Source of the DNA: a virus
IMG/VR virus record: IMGVR_UViG_3300042556_001316
Span: 2,763 to 66,762 of that record
DNA: 64,000 nucleotides
Strand: one strand, 5' to 3'
Both the position numbers and the translations under genes were made by a program. Of the stretch, positions 9,439 to 19,082 are shown piece after piece (within the stretch, counting starts at the first letter, position 1; the number at the start of each line of letters is the position of its first letter). The notes under the pieces are model-generated. The model was given only the letters and a program-made list of their open reading frames with translations. It was not told the DNA's origin and did not search any database.

Positions 9439-10379
9439 AATAAAACTGATTTTTTAGCTGTTTCTTGTATAATATCCCAGTATTTCTTACTGGCCGTTCC
9501 TTCGTTTATATTTAATGTTGCACTATAGGGCAACTGGTTCATGTACTCTGCTTTGTAGAATAAGCCACCGGCAGATGTAACAACACCGGCATTGTGGAAT
9601 ATATTTAACCTATCCCAATCCGCTTCGGTACTTGTACCCCATGAAAATTCTAGTTCTGGGTGGCAAATCGTTTCTGCTCCACGCTTCCAGCCATTCCATA
9701 ACACCGCCCACATATCTGCGCACCATATCTGTAATTCATGATGTGTTGGGTCTAATTGCTTCTTCTCATTATTAAGGTGAGTTACTTCATTAAATAATCT
9801 TTCGCAATCTTTTTCAACGTCCGCCCAAAACTGAGCATTGATACCTTTCATTAAATATTGCGCACCGATTGAGTTAAGCTCATTATCTTTTATTAATGAT
9901 TCTGGTATGTCTACTATCTCACACATCTTATCCATTACGTCTTGACCTTTGCCTAATATGTAGCTATGGGCTATGTACCAACGGCAGTCAGATCCATACC
10001 ACTTATCATCTTGTAGGAACTGCTCCCAGTTTATCTTTTTGGTAAAAGCTATGTCGCAATCATGATAAAGAACCGCTTCTTGCTCTATGGATTGATTTTG
10101 TTCAAAGTGCTGCTTTAATATGTTAGGACGTATTGAAGATATGTAGTGCCTAGTTTCTCTGGTATCAGAATAAAAAAAGAACCTTGCTGGATAATTGGCA
10201 GCCAACTTGGTCCACTCCTCCGGAATAACATCATTTATCTTCCAACAAACAATATCTATCATGTTAGGATTGATACCCATTTCAATAAAGTTATTTATCA
10301 TAACTTCTACTTGCCACGCATAATAAAGGGAAGTTGGTTGAGCGCAAATGAATCTTAACTTCATGTATTTTTTTTCCAA
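9435..10379 (-). CDS. glycosyltransferase, peptidyl-serine galactosyltransferase / Hyp-arabinosyltransferase-like
   Basis: YYAWQ, YISSIRP, HDCD (DxD), WCADMW follow the order of SGT1/HPAT motifs. Confidence 0.65.
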   Translation of the reverse strand: MEKKYMKLRFICAQPTSLYYAWQVEVMINNFIEMGINPNMIDIVCWKINDVIPEEWTKLAANYPARFFFYSDTRETRHYISSIRPNILKQHFEQNQSIEQEAVLYHDCDIAFTKKINWEQFLQDDKWYGSDCRWYIAHSYILGKGQDVMDKMCEIVDIPESLIKDNELNSIGAQYLMKGINAQFWADVEKDCERLFNEVTHLNNEKKQLDPTHHELQIWCADMWAVLWNGWKRGAETICHPELEFSWGTSTEADWDRLNIFHNAGVVTSAGGLFYKAEYMNQLPYSATLNINEGTASKKYWDIIQETAKKSVLL

Positions 10380-10414
10380 AGTTAAACGAGTTAATTAAAT
10401 TAAAAAATTATTTT

Positions 10415-10771
10415 TTAGTGCTTAACTATTAGCTGCTTCTTGTCTATGAATTTGTATATAAACTCAGCTATATGTCCTGATAACCATGCTCCAGCTTCAT
10501 CATCTACAATACCTCTGTCACTTTTTATTACATTAACTATGTGGTAATTTTCATGTGATAGGGTATTGTGGCTTAAATACTTTTGTTCTATAATCATGTA
10601 GTAGACATCTATGTCTGGGGTAATAACTGTACCTTCTGCATCTCCTTCAAACATCTGCTCCATTTTATGCTTTTTGTATACTTTATTAGCTTCATTGATT
10701 AATGAATCTGTAATAATAAGTACAACCTTGCAACCATAGGTAGATATTTTCAATGTAGAAGTTAGTTTCAT
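10415..10771 (-). CDS. HExxH-motif protein (putative metallopeptidase)
   Basis: LSHENYH followed by DDEAGAW. Confidence 0.55.
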   Translation of the reverse strand: MKLTSTLKISTYGCKVVLIITDSLINEANKVYKKHKMEQMFEGDAEGTVITPDIDVYYMIIEQKYLSHNTLSHENYHIVNVIKSDRGIVDDEAGAWLSGHIAEFIYKFIDKKQLIVKH

Positions 10772-10992
10772 TGGTCATTATTTATTATTCTATTAATATA
10801 CCAAACTGCCTTTTTTAAATCTTCCTTACCACCTTTTCGTTTCCACCTCCACAAATACTTTATGGCATTGCCAGTAGCAAATGCTTCATCTCCCTCCAAC
10901 CCCTTTACTGCTTCCTCAATTGCGTCTATGCACTCTATCTTTCCAGCGTTATAGTGTGCTGGGTGGTCCACTTTAGATGATACGTCCATCAT
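10768..10992 (-). CDS. DUF3310 family protein
   Basis: VDHPAHY...IECIDAI...GNAIKYLWR...EDLKKAVWY. Confidence 0.9.
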   Translation of the reverse strand: MMDVSSKVDHPAHYNAGKIECIDAIEEAVKGLEGDEAFATGNAIKYLWRWKRKGGKEDLKKAVWYINRIINNDQ

Positions 10993-11971
10993 GAATAGCT
11001 ATATTATTTACCTTAAAATCTCCGTTCTTTTCTACTAATATATGAGCAAATCCTAAATTGTGTTTTGTTCCATGTGGATCATAGTCCGGAGCTAGTGTAC
11101 AAAGACAACCAACCGACCATGTGCCAATGGTTTCTCCTTTCAATGTTTTCTCAACATGATGGCTAGTGGTATGCACATGACCAATGATAGCATTTGATTT
11201 AACGCGAAGGAATAAACCTCTGGCTGCGTTTACGGGAGCAAATACTCCACGAATCATTGTATGACCATGATGCATCTGTAACTTACCAGCCATTAAAACT
11301 ACATGCTCAGCAAAGAACTTTACACCCAACTCATCAAGCTTCATTCTTTGTGGCAAATGGTAATACTCATCACTGAATAAGATCGGAGCCTTCTTCATTA
11401 GATAGCGCTTAATCCACGCGTCATGATTACCTTCAATCCAATAGAACTTGGCTTTTGGGAATTGATATTTTAGATATTCTATAAATTGTTTTGCATATTG
11501 AAACCACGTTCTAACATCATCTAGGCCCGGCGGTGGCGAATCATGGCTTGTAAACGGAGTATTATCCAGTATGTCACCTCCTAGAACAATGCAGTTTATA
11601 CCATTCTCTTTGCCATATTTAACGGCTAATTCTATGGCTTCATTGTCTTGGTTAGGAATATGGACATCAGAAAGCCAAAGAATGTTATTGCACTCTTTGG
11701 GTAGTATCTGAAATTCTCTTTCCTTGCAATTTGAAGGAGGTAGTTGTGGGTTGTGTTCCATTACGTTTTTTGTATGTTTTCTATGTGTTTCGCCGTTAGC
11801 ACCAGTTATCTGCCTAATCATCATTCTAGCCGCTTCAGGATTATCAAACAAATGAGGATACCTTTCAAATGCTATTTTTCCTAAATTAGATTTAGAACTA
11901 TTAGGGAACTCCAATAAAAGCTCTCTTAATAATCTATTTTTCTGTGTTGGACCTGTATGCTGATTTGCCAT
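10973..11971 (-). CDS. calcineurin-like metallophosphoesterase
   Basis: SDVH, GGDILD, GNHD, HHGH, GHVH motifs. Confidence 0.9.
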   Translation of the reverse strand: MANQHTGPTQKNRLLRELLLEFPNSSKSNLGKIAFERYPHLFDNPEAARMMIRQITGANGETHRKHTKNVMEHNPQLPPSNCKEREFQILPKECNNILWLSDVHIPNQDNEAIELAVKYGKENGINCIVLGGDILDNTPFTSHDSPPPGLDDVRTWFQYAKQFIEYLKYQFPKAKFYWIEGNHDAWIKRYLMKKAPILFSDEYYHLPQRMKLDELGVKFFAEHVVLMAGKLQMHHGHTMIRGVFAPVNAARGLFLRVKSNAIIGHVHTTSHHVEKTLKGETIGTWSVGCLCTLAPDYDPHGTKHNLGFAHILVEKNGDFKVNNIAIHDGRII

Positions 11972-12633
11972 TATGCTAAATATTTAAAAGAATATCCCTT
12001 TAATTTTTTCCTTCCGCCCAATCCTCTAGCAATTAAAGAAGCTTTGCCACTATATTTTACAGGATTCAATCCAACTGAACGCAGGGCTTCAGAAATAGAA
12101 TGATACACACCAAGAGATTCATTAGTATCACAATTTATGATTTCAGTTTTTTTAGCTTGTCCTGATTTTATACTTGCTAATGATTGCTTCTTTTTTGTTT
12201 CTTCTGATTTCTTTTTAGATTCAAAAACACCTCTTTTTACAAGAGTTTCATAAGTTTGTTTTATACCAAATCTATGGTTTTTATCACCTAGCTTTTGCTC
12301 TCTCAATTTTTGACGTGTTTCATTTGATCTAATACAATTCCAAATTCCATCCCCACCATCAGTCATATTACATAAAGATCCTGTTTTTAAATCAATTCTA
12401 CCATATAAATATATAAACTCACTTTCTTTTTCAGCCGCTTGACTTTTCGTTAATCCATCAAATAAAATCTCAACTTCATAAGAAGATTTTAAAACAATAT
12501 CATTCCATATTTTATTTCTTTTAGAACAATGGTTTTCATAGGCTCTTGCATGATTGTTTTTATTACCTATTCCTATATAGAAAGGTTCATTTTTATCAAT
12601 TCTTATATGCCTATAAACGTACCAGTTATTCAT
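11971..12633 (-). CDS. GIY-YIG-type homing endonuclease with NUMOD-like tail
   Basis: WYVY...FYIG, NMTDGGDG, SEETKKK repeats. Confidence 0.8.
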   Translation of the reverse strand: MNNWYVYRHIRIDKNEPFYIGIGNKNNHARAYENHCSKRNKIWNDIVLKSSYEVEILFDGLTKSQAAEKESEFIYLYGRIDLKTGSLCNMTDGGDGIWNCIRSNETRQKLREQKLGDKNHRFGIKQTYETLVKRGVFESKKKSEETKKKQSLASIKSGQAKKTEIINCDTNESLGVYHSISEALRSVGLNPVKYSGKASLIARGLGGRKKLKGYSFKYLA

Positions 12634-12634
12634 A

Positions 12635-13081
12635 TTATTGTTTAAAATATAAATCAGCTTCTGCTTTTCTTCTACGAGTTAACCCAGCTAACTGCTTACC
12701 GCCAGCTTTATCCCACTTCATAAATTCTGCCCTGATTGTTTCATCAGAAGGATTTGCATTAACCTTTTTTAATAAAGTAGATTTCATAAGATTACCGATA
12801 CCAGCGTTGTAAGCAAAACTGGTTAATGCAGCAAATTGATTTTCATTAACCTGACTTTTTACCAATGGAACTACTTTATCTGCAAAATCTTTTGCAATGA
12901 TTTCAAATAATTCATTCGCGCGCTCTTGAGTAATTTTATCGCCCGGTTTCACTTTTGTACCATCTTCATAGAAAGTGTTTCCGTAACCTATTGTATCATG
13001 GTTAGCGCTACATTTATAACTTGTTAATTTGCAGCCTTCAAAAGATTTGATAAGGCTTTTTCCTGCTTCGTTTAATTTCAT
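12635..13081 (-). CDS. endolysin, GH24 phage lysozyme
   Basis: IKSFEG...TIGYG, ALTSFAYNAG, GLTRRRKAE. Confidence 0.95.
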   Translation of the reverse strand: MKLNEAGKSLIKSFEGCKLTSYKCSANHDTIGYGNTFYEDGTKVKPGDKITQERANELFEIIAKDFADKVVPLVKSQVNENQFAALTSFAYNAGIGNLMKSTLLKKVNANPSDETIRAEFMKWDKAGGKQLAGLTRRRKAEADLYFKQ

Positions 13082-13082
13082 T

Positions 13083-13532
13083 TTATTTTATTTGAGAGTA
13101 AAGAAATATTACTAATAATGTAAACAAGACACTATTGAATTTATGTAACTTTTGTTCAAACTTCACATCTTTTTCAAACTGATTGTATATAGCTATATTT
13201 TTATAGTATCTTGATTTGTAATCATTAAGAGTATCTATACTAACTTTATTCTGATAGTTCAATGTGTCTTTAATTCTAAACAAACTATAAATCTCTAACT
13301 TCAAACTATCTTTTACAGACTCGTGTCGCTTCAATAAACTATCTATCTTATTATTTTGATAGCTAACCACATTGTTAAGGCTATCAAAGGCAGCATTAAT
13401 CTTTTGCCCTTCTGCTCTACTTATGATTATCTTTTCCTCTCCGCCTATCTTCTTAACGTATTGGGCGAAGCTGGAATTTCTCGCTGCTAGTGTCAACAGT
13501 ATTAGCAGAGTCAAGCTTGCTTTTAATTTCAT
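13083..13532 (-). CDS. spanin-like membrane protein
   Basis: Signal sequence, coiled coil, C-terminal TM; next to the endolysin. Confidence 0.5.
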   Translation of the reverse strand: MKLKASLTLLILLTLAARNSSFAQYVKKIGGEEKIIISRAEGQKINAAFDSLNNVVSYQNNKIDSLLKRHESVKDSLKLEIYSLFRIKDTLNYQNKVSIDTLNDYKSRYYKNIAIYNQFEKDVKFEQKLHKFNSVLFTLLVIFLYSQIK

Positions 13533-13776
13533 TTAGTTCAGATTTTAATTGGTTAACTTCTGATTTTAAACTTACTATAGTTGATACAGCCTTTCCTACT
13601 ATCTGAACCTCTTTTTCTGCTGCCTTTTGTTGTGTTATTGCGCTTAACTCGTTGGTTTTTTGAACCCCCTGCATAAGCTTCTGGAACTCTAGCTCCTTCA
13701 TATTTTCATCACTTACCGCTTGCGTGCTTGCAGATTGACACCCATACAGAACGAATAAAATGAATAAATATTTCAT
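13453..13776 (-). CDS. lipoprotein, putative spanin component
   Basis: LYGC lipobox plus coiled coil; overlaps the next gene. Confidence 0.55.
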   Translation of the reverse strand: MKYLFILFVLYGCQSASTQAVSDENMKELEFQKLMQGVQKTNELSAITQQKAAEKEVQIVGKAVSTIVSLKSEVNQLKSELNEIKSKLDSANTVDTSSEKFQLRPIR

Positions 13777-14102
13777 TACTTGATATTTTGTATCTTACCT
13801 AATTGATTTAAAGTACTTAACTTGGTTGTTGCTGATGATAAAGAACTATCACATCTACGAACCGCATCTTGCAACACATCAACCTTTACTTCTAGCTTCT
13901 CAATCTTGCTACCTTGACCATCAATCTGCTTGTTAAAAGTGCTTCTAATGTCTACATACAAAGCTGAAATACCTATGATAACCAAGAACATAGTACCAAC
14001 GACTGGATTCTTTGAGAATTGAGCAAAGCTTATAGGTAGAGGGTTAGCCCCTATCTTTAAACCTTCTGATTCTTCTGCTTTTTTTCTTACTGCCTTTGCC
14101 AT
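13776..14102 (-). CDS. membrane coiled-coil protein (lysis region)
   Basis: One TM helix plus coiled coil. Confidence 0.6.
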   Translation of the reverse strand: MAKAVRKKAEESEGLKIGANPLPISFAQFSKNPVVGTMFLVIIGISALYVDIRSTFNKQIDGQGSKIEKLEVKVDVLQDAVRRCDSSLSSATTKLSTLNQLGKIQNIK

Positions 14103-14362
14103 TATTTACGATCTTCTTTATTTTGTAATAAAATCAATATCTGCTCGTTAGTTTTTTTGATGTCTTTAATATCATCTCTCATCTCTTTTTTATCCGCCTC
14201 TAACTGACCGATACGAACCTCATGGTTTTCATACTTTTTACCATCTTCTTCAAACTTATCAGTAAGCCCATAATATCCACCTAATATAGTTAGAAGTAAA
14301 ATAACTAATGACGCCTTTGAGTGCCAAGTTTGTTCAACTTGTTTTTGGATTGCTGCTTCCAT
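14102..14362 (-). CDS. membrane coiled-coil protein (holin-like)
   Basis: One TM helix plus coiled coil. Confidence 0.55.
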   Translation of the reverse strand: MEAAIQKQVEQTWHSKASLVILLLTILGGYYGLTDKFEEDGKKYENHEVRIGQLEADKKEMRDDIKDIKKTNEQILILLQNKEDRK

Positions 14363-14364
14363 TT

Positions 14365-14625
14365 CTATTCAGATGTTTTATTGCCTTTAAAGTTACCAAT
14401 TAAATCTCCTATCTCCTTTACAGAAGCTAATCCTAAAGAAGTGCATACCAAAGTTACAGTACCCCATACCAATGATTCGGCTGGAGCTATATGGTTTTCG
14501 CTATGTGAATTTGAATAAAGTGTCCAGTATAAGAAACCAGCACCTACAATACCTACAAGTCTTTTGCTTGAATTTGGGCTATCTGCTGAGAAAAATCCAG
14601 CCACCCAGTTGAATAATTTTTTCAT
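14365..14625 (-). CDS. putative holin
   Basis: SSKRL followed by two TM helices; in the lysis cassette. Confidence 0.6.
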   Translation of the reverse strand: MKKLFNWVAGFFSADSPNSSKRLVGIVGAGFLYWTLYSNSHSENHIAPAESLVWGTVTLVCTSLGLASVKEIGDLIGNFKGNKTSE

Positions 14626-14704
14626 ATAAATAATAATATTAAGAGTACAATAATAACGTAAACTAAAGCGAATACATACCCTTTGATATTATGATTTATA
14701 CGTT

Positions 14705-15142
14705 TCATTTTTTGAGCTTGGTATAAATGTAAATAACGACAAGGGCAATAAGAATAAAGAACAAGAACTTATAAAAGTTATTGGCCATTTTCTTCTTATC
14801 TTTTTCAACTATAGTTTTCGTGATTTCTTCTGCCTTTGAAATATTGGCAGAGTCGGTTTTGGTTAACTTGGCTTCGGATTGCTTTTCTCTCGTGCCAGTT
14901 GTCCATACTTCTGTGTACTTTGGTATGGTTATCATACTATCTTTGGTTACCCATAAGGTATCGTAGTATGTAATGGTTTTGGTAAAATATTGTTCTTTTT
15001 CTATTACTTTTGTAACGCTATCATAGAACGTAACTCTCACACTATCAATGGATCTTACAACTGTACTATCCATTCTCCTCTCGGTTTTCTTAACCGAAGC
15101 GCAGCTACAGAAAAAAATCATTATGATAGCGAGTCTATTCAT
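14705..15142 (-). CDS. lipoprotein with C-terminal TM (unimolecular spanin-like)
   Basis: FCSC lipobox, beta-rich middle, C-terminal TM ending KLKK. Confidence 0.6.
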   Translation of the reverse strand: MNRLAIIMIFFCSCASVKKTERRMDSTVVRSIDSVRVTFYDSVTKVIEKEQYFTKTITYYDTLWVTKDSMITIPKYTEVWTTGTREKQSEAKLTKTDSANISKAEEITKTIVEKDKKKMANNFYKFLFFILIALVVIYIYTKLKK

Positions 15143-15146
15143 CTAT

Positions 15147-15154
15147 CAAAAATA
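15147..15154 (-). promoter_or_regulatory. Bacteroidota -7 promoter element
   Basis: TATTTTTG 4 nt upstream of the ATG at 15142. Confidence 0.5.
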
Positions 15155-15190
15155 ACTTTTTTCTGTCAAATTGTGCGCAAAAAATATAAA

Positions 15191-15586
15191 TTAATAAGCG
15201 TTATACGACTTCTCCTCCACAATGTCGGACTTGTACTTTATGTTGATTTGCTTTTTAATGTCTGCTCTATGGTCATTTAGCCTATAAACCTGCCTTGCCA
15301 AAAAGACAAACAACTTATCAAACTCCCTGTCATTTTCACAATCTCGGAGCGAATCTTCCACCACCCACAACTGCCTGTTTATATCCAGAAGCCTATGTGT
15401 TAATGGATCTGCGGCTAATTCAGGGAAGCTTTCTTTTATTACACTATTTATGTACTTCCATTCTTTTTTAATGTTAATTTGCTTTTGTTCGTCTAAAATT
15501 TCAAATGATTTGATGGTTAAGATGGTGTACTTGTCGGCTATTTCGCCAATGCTTACTTCTATTTTCATAATAATTATTTTAGGCAA
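15191..15586 (-). CDS. DUF6165-like protein (glycosyltransferase-associated)
   Basis: SIGEIADKYTILTIK...LWVVEDSLR...EEKSY; real start probably the downstream MKIEVS. Confidence 0.75.
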   Translation of the reverse strand: MPKIIIMKIEVSIGEIADKYTILTIKSFEILDEQKQINIKKEWKYINSVIKESFPELAADPLTHRLLDINRQLWVVEDSLRDCENDREFDKLFVFLARQVYRLNDHRADIKKQINIKYKSDIVEEKSYNAY

Positions 15587-15636
15587 AGATATATTTATTT
15601 AATTAAATTAATTACTTTTGCTTAATTAAATTAATT
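15584..15636. promoter_or_regulatory. divergent promoters with TTAATTAAATTAATT boxes
   Basis: TATCTTTG (-) at 15584-15591, TAACTTTG-type element (+) near 15613-15620, two AT boxes. Confidence 0.65.
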
Positions 15637-15638
15637 TT

Positions 15639-16979
15639 ATGCCAACTAGCTTTCAATTTTTCAAGCAAGAAGTCAGGGATTACATTGTAGATAACATAGC
15701 CGTAAACAAAAAGATATTAGATGTAGGGGCTGGTATTGGTACCTATTCTGATTTGCTTAAAAACTATGGTTATTACATGGATTGCGTAGAGATATACGAA
15801 CCCTATGTAGTTAATTACCAATTAGATAAGAAGTACAACAATGTTTTTATACAGAGTGTAGTTGGCTTCCATTTTGACTATTACGAGTTTATTATCATGG
15901 GTGATGTACTGGAACATTTGTCTGTGGAAGATGCGCAAAGCATAATCAAAAAGATAGTCCATAGCGGTAAGCAGTGTCTGGTGGCAGTACCTTTTATGAT
16001 GGAACAGGGGGAACATGAAGGCAATGTCCATGAAACTCATTTGCAGCCTGATTTAAGTCCGGCGGTCATGGAAATCAGATACCCAGAACTTCAACTACTC
16101 TATGCCAATCAATACTATGGCTACTATGTAAACAAGAAACAAAAGCATAAAAGAGCCTATTTATTGTACGCTGATGAGTCCTATGCCGACTTGGTTCAAG
16201 TATGCGTTGAATCAATCCGTAAGTTCAGCGAGATACCAATCCTAGTTTATATGCTCAACTCTGATAAAAAGATTGAAAATACGGAAACAATAAGATGGGA
16301 TTGTGATGTAAAGCACCTGAAACAAAGGGCTGATTACATTGATAGATCCAACAAAAGCATCTATAAACTACTTATACAAAGACCTTTAATAACTAAACAT
16401 GCACTGGAAAACTATGCTGAAACGATTGCGTATGTGGATTCTGACTCTGTGGCTAGTCCATTTGTTGACAACATCTTTACTTTCTATAATGAAGAATCTA
16501 GTCACCCCTATTTTACAGAAGGTATCTATGAGTATCTTATGGTCAATGGTAGAGGCGGCGCTGAAAGCAGGGCGGATTTAAGCACTACATTAGAAGCTCC
16601 AGCCTGTGAGCTATTCAACATAAACCAGTATGTCCGTAACAGATACAGGCAAACAGGATATTATGTTGCAGGGCAAAATACCATTGAATTTTTAGATGAA
16701 TGGTACTGGATGTGTAACCACCCTAAAGTATTAAAGAACCACAACTATTATGCTCCGTTCCACGAAGAAACAATACTGCAAGCCCTTCTGTATAAACGTA
16801 TGACGTTTTCAGGACTGCCATACTGCTACATCAATGGACTACATAAAGACCTAGAATTTACTGGTCGTGATAACTTAATAGGACCATGGATTAAAGTACC
16901 TTCACATAAAGAACATCTCCTATTCTATCATGGAGAAAAAAACATTCAAAAGATTAAAGAATTTATAGAAACACTATGA
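15639..16979 (+). CDS. class I SAM methyltransferase + GT-A (GT8-like) glycosyltransferase fusion
   Basis: ILDVGAGIG and GDVLEHL; C-terminal YVDSD and FHEETIL. Confidence 0.8.
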   Translation: MPTSFQFFKQEVRDYIVDNIAVNKKILDVGAGIGTYSDLLKNYGYYMDCVEIYEPYVVNYQLDKKYNNVFIQSVVGFHFDYYEFIIMGDVLEHLSVEDAQSIIKKIVHSGKQCLVAVPFMMEQGEHEGNVHETHLQPDLSPAVMEIRYPELQLLYANQYYGYYVNKKQKHKRAYLLYADESYADLVQVCVESIRKFSEIPILVYMLNSDKKIENTETIRWDCDVKHLKQRADYIDRSNKSIYKLLIQRPLITKHALENYAETIAYVDSDSVASPFVDNIFTFYNEESSHPYFTEGIYEYLMVNGRGGAESRADLSTTLEAPACELFNINQYVRNRYRQTGYYVAGQNTIEFLDEWYWMCNHPKVLKNHNYYAPFHEETILQALLYKRMTFSGLPYCYINGLHKDLEFTGRDNLIGPWIKVPSHKEHLLFYHGEKNIQKIKEFIETL

Positions 16980-19030
16980 GAATATTATTTTTAGCTCCGC
17001 ACTTATCAACAGGGGGGATGCCCCAGTTCCTTTTGAAAAGACTTCAAGGATTGAGAAACCATACCAATAATGAATATTATGTGGTAGAGTATCAATGCCA
17101 TAGCCTAGATTATGTGGTTCAACGTAATGCCATAAAGGATTTAGTTGGTAGTAATTTTACTACCCTTTATGAGAATAAGATGGAGCTATTTGATGTAATA
17201 GAAAGCTTCCAGCCTGATATAATCCATATAGATGAAATGTCTGAAAGATTGGATAGAAAAATGGTAAAGAAGCTTTACAACCCAGATAGAAAGTATCGCA
17301 TTGTAGAAACCTGCCATGACATTTCCTTTGCTCCAAACAGCAAGTTATTCCACCCAGACCTATATTCATTCTGTACTCCGTATCATGAAGAAACTTTTGC
17401 TGATTTGGAATCCAAGTATGTTACAATACTTTATCCAATAGATGAAATGAATCTTACCAAGTTCAAGACTATCTGGCAAGATGAATTAGGCTTTGATAGA
17501 AACAAGAAGCATGTGCTAAATGTTGGCTTATGGACTCCGGGCAAGAATCAAGCTGAAGGAATAGAAATAGCTCGTAAATACCCTGATATGATGTTTCACT
17601 TTGTGGGTAATCAGGCTGGCAATTTTAAGATTTACTGGGAACCATTGATGCAGGATTTACCACCCAACGTAAAGGTATGGGGAGAGCGTACTGATATTGA
17701 CCACTTCATGATAGCATCAGATCTATTTATGTTTAATAGTACATGGGAATGTAATCCATTAGTACTTCGTGAAGCCATTGGATATGGGCTACCTATTGTT
17801 GCGCGGAATCTTCCTCAGTATGCCGGAATGTATGATAAATACACATACTCAATAGATGCTGATTTAGAACTGATAGCTAAGTACAATAATATTACATACG
17901 ATATACCAAAAGACAATACCACATGTGACTTTGCAATAGCGCATCAAGTAGCCTATGAAAAGATATTAGAACTTCCAGCACAAAAACAAAAGGTCCGCAT
18001 CTTACAAAACTTCATCAACCACCCTTTCCTTGAAATAAAAGGAGAAAGCGATAGTGAATTTGATGTTAGATTCTATGATGAAAATGATGTATGCCAATAC
18101 CAAAGTGTAATCAAAAGCAATAGCTGGGTAAGGCTTAACAGACAATATTGTACCAAATGGAAAACGTATGTATATCAGGACGGAGAGTTAATCTATGAAA
18201 ACGTATTGGATCTGCATGGTAAAAGGGTATTCATATCAATAGAAAGTAGCGCACTTGGAGATACTATTGCATGGGTTCCGTATGCTTTAGAGTTCCAAAA
18301 GAAGCATGGATGCAAAGTCGTGTTGTCCACTTTTCATAATAAAATACTGGACTATCCTGAACTTGAATTAGTAGAACCCGGCAGCTCTGTTAACTGCTAT
18401 GCCATGTATAAGATTGGTTGGCACTATGACACTAGCAGAGAGCCTGAATTACCAAACACAATACCACTACAAAAAGCAGCGTGTAATATTTTGGGATTAA
18501 AATACACCGAAATTCGCCCCAAATTATTTACCAAGAGGAATTGCCCATTGCATGACAAATACATCACTATTGCCACTAATTCTACCACAGGATGTAAGTT
18601 TTGGGTAAGAGAAGAATGGCAGAAACTAATTGACCATTACACCGAACAAGGTTACAAGGTATACAATGTTTCCAAAGAAGTTAATCCATTTGATAATTGC
18701 CCACAGATACCAGATACATCAATGGAATCAACAATGGATTGGATATATCATAGCATGTTCTTTGTAGGGTTAAGTTCAGGGCTTAGCTGGTTGGCGTGGG
18801 CTTTGGGTAAACCAGTTGTATTAATCAGTAATTTTACTGAATTTGACCATGAGTTTCTTACCAACTGCATACGAATCACAAACGAAAAAGTATGTCATGG
18901 ATGCTGGAACAAACCAGAAATAAAATTTGATAAAGGCAATTGGAATTGGTGTCCTTACAATAAAAACTTTGAGTGCCAGACTTCAATCACCGCAGATATG
19001 GTAATCAATAGAATTAGTCGTTACTTCTAA
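16976..19030 (+). CDS. GT4 glycosyltransferase fused to TibC/AAH-like protein O-heptosyltransferase
   Basis: GT4 motifs GGMPQ, KNQ, ECNPLVLREA; C-terminal ALGDTIAW, FVGLSSGLSWLAWA, CHGCWN..CP..C Cys cluster. Confidence 0.85.
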   Translation: MRILFLAPHLSTGGMPQFLLKRLQGLRNHTNNEYYVVEYQCHSLDYVVQRNAIKDLVGSNFTTLYENKMELFDVIESFQPDIIHIDEMSERLDRKMVKKLYNPDRKYRIVETCHDISFAPNSKLFHPDLYSFCTPYHEETFADLESKYVTILYPIDEMNLTKFKTIWQDELGFDRNKKHVLNVGLWTPGKNQAEGIEIARKYPDMMFHFVGNQAGNFKIYWEPLMQDLPPNVKVWGERTDIDHFMIASDLFMFNSTWECNPLVLREAIGYGLPIVARNLPQYAGMYDKYTYSIDADLELIAKYNNITYDIPKDNTTCDFAIAHQVAYEKILELPAQKQKVRILQNFINHPFLEIKGESDSEFDVRFYDENDVCQYQSVIKSNSWVRLNRQYCTKWKTYVYQDGELIYENVLDLHGKRVFISIESSALGDTIAWVPYALEFQKKHGCKVVLSTFHNKILDYPELELVEPGSSVNCYAMYKIGWHYDTSREPELPNTIPLQKAACNILGLKYTEIRPKLFTKRNCPLHDKYITIATNSTTGCKFWVREEWQKLIDHYTEQGYKVYNVSKEVNPFDNCPQIPDTSMESTMDWIYHSMFFVGLSSGLSWLAWALGKPVVLISNFTEFDHEFLTNCIRITNEKVCHGCWNKPEIKFDKGNWNWCPYNKNFECQTSITADMVINRISRYF

Positions 19031-19031
19031 T

Positions 19032-19058
19032 AAAAAAAGCAGGTTCGCAGCCTGCTTA
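19032..19058. terminator. intrinsic terminator between convergent operons
   Basis: AAGCAGG-loop-CCTGCTT hairpin with A tract on the left. Confidence 0.75.
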
Positions 19059-19082
19059 ATTTATTATTACTAACCTTTAAAA

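Noticed and set aside
8926-16979. Methyltransferases as DNA methylases
   Set aside because: No DPPY/NPPY or PC motifs; FkbM and small-molecule type, adjacent or fused to GTs, so sugar O-methylation is more likely
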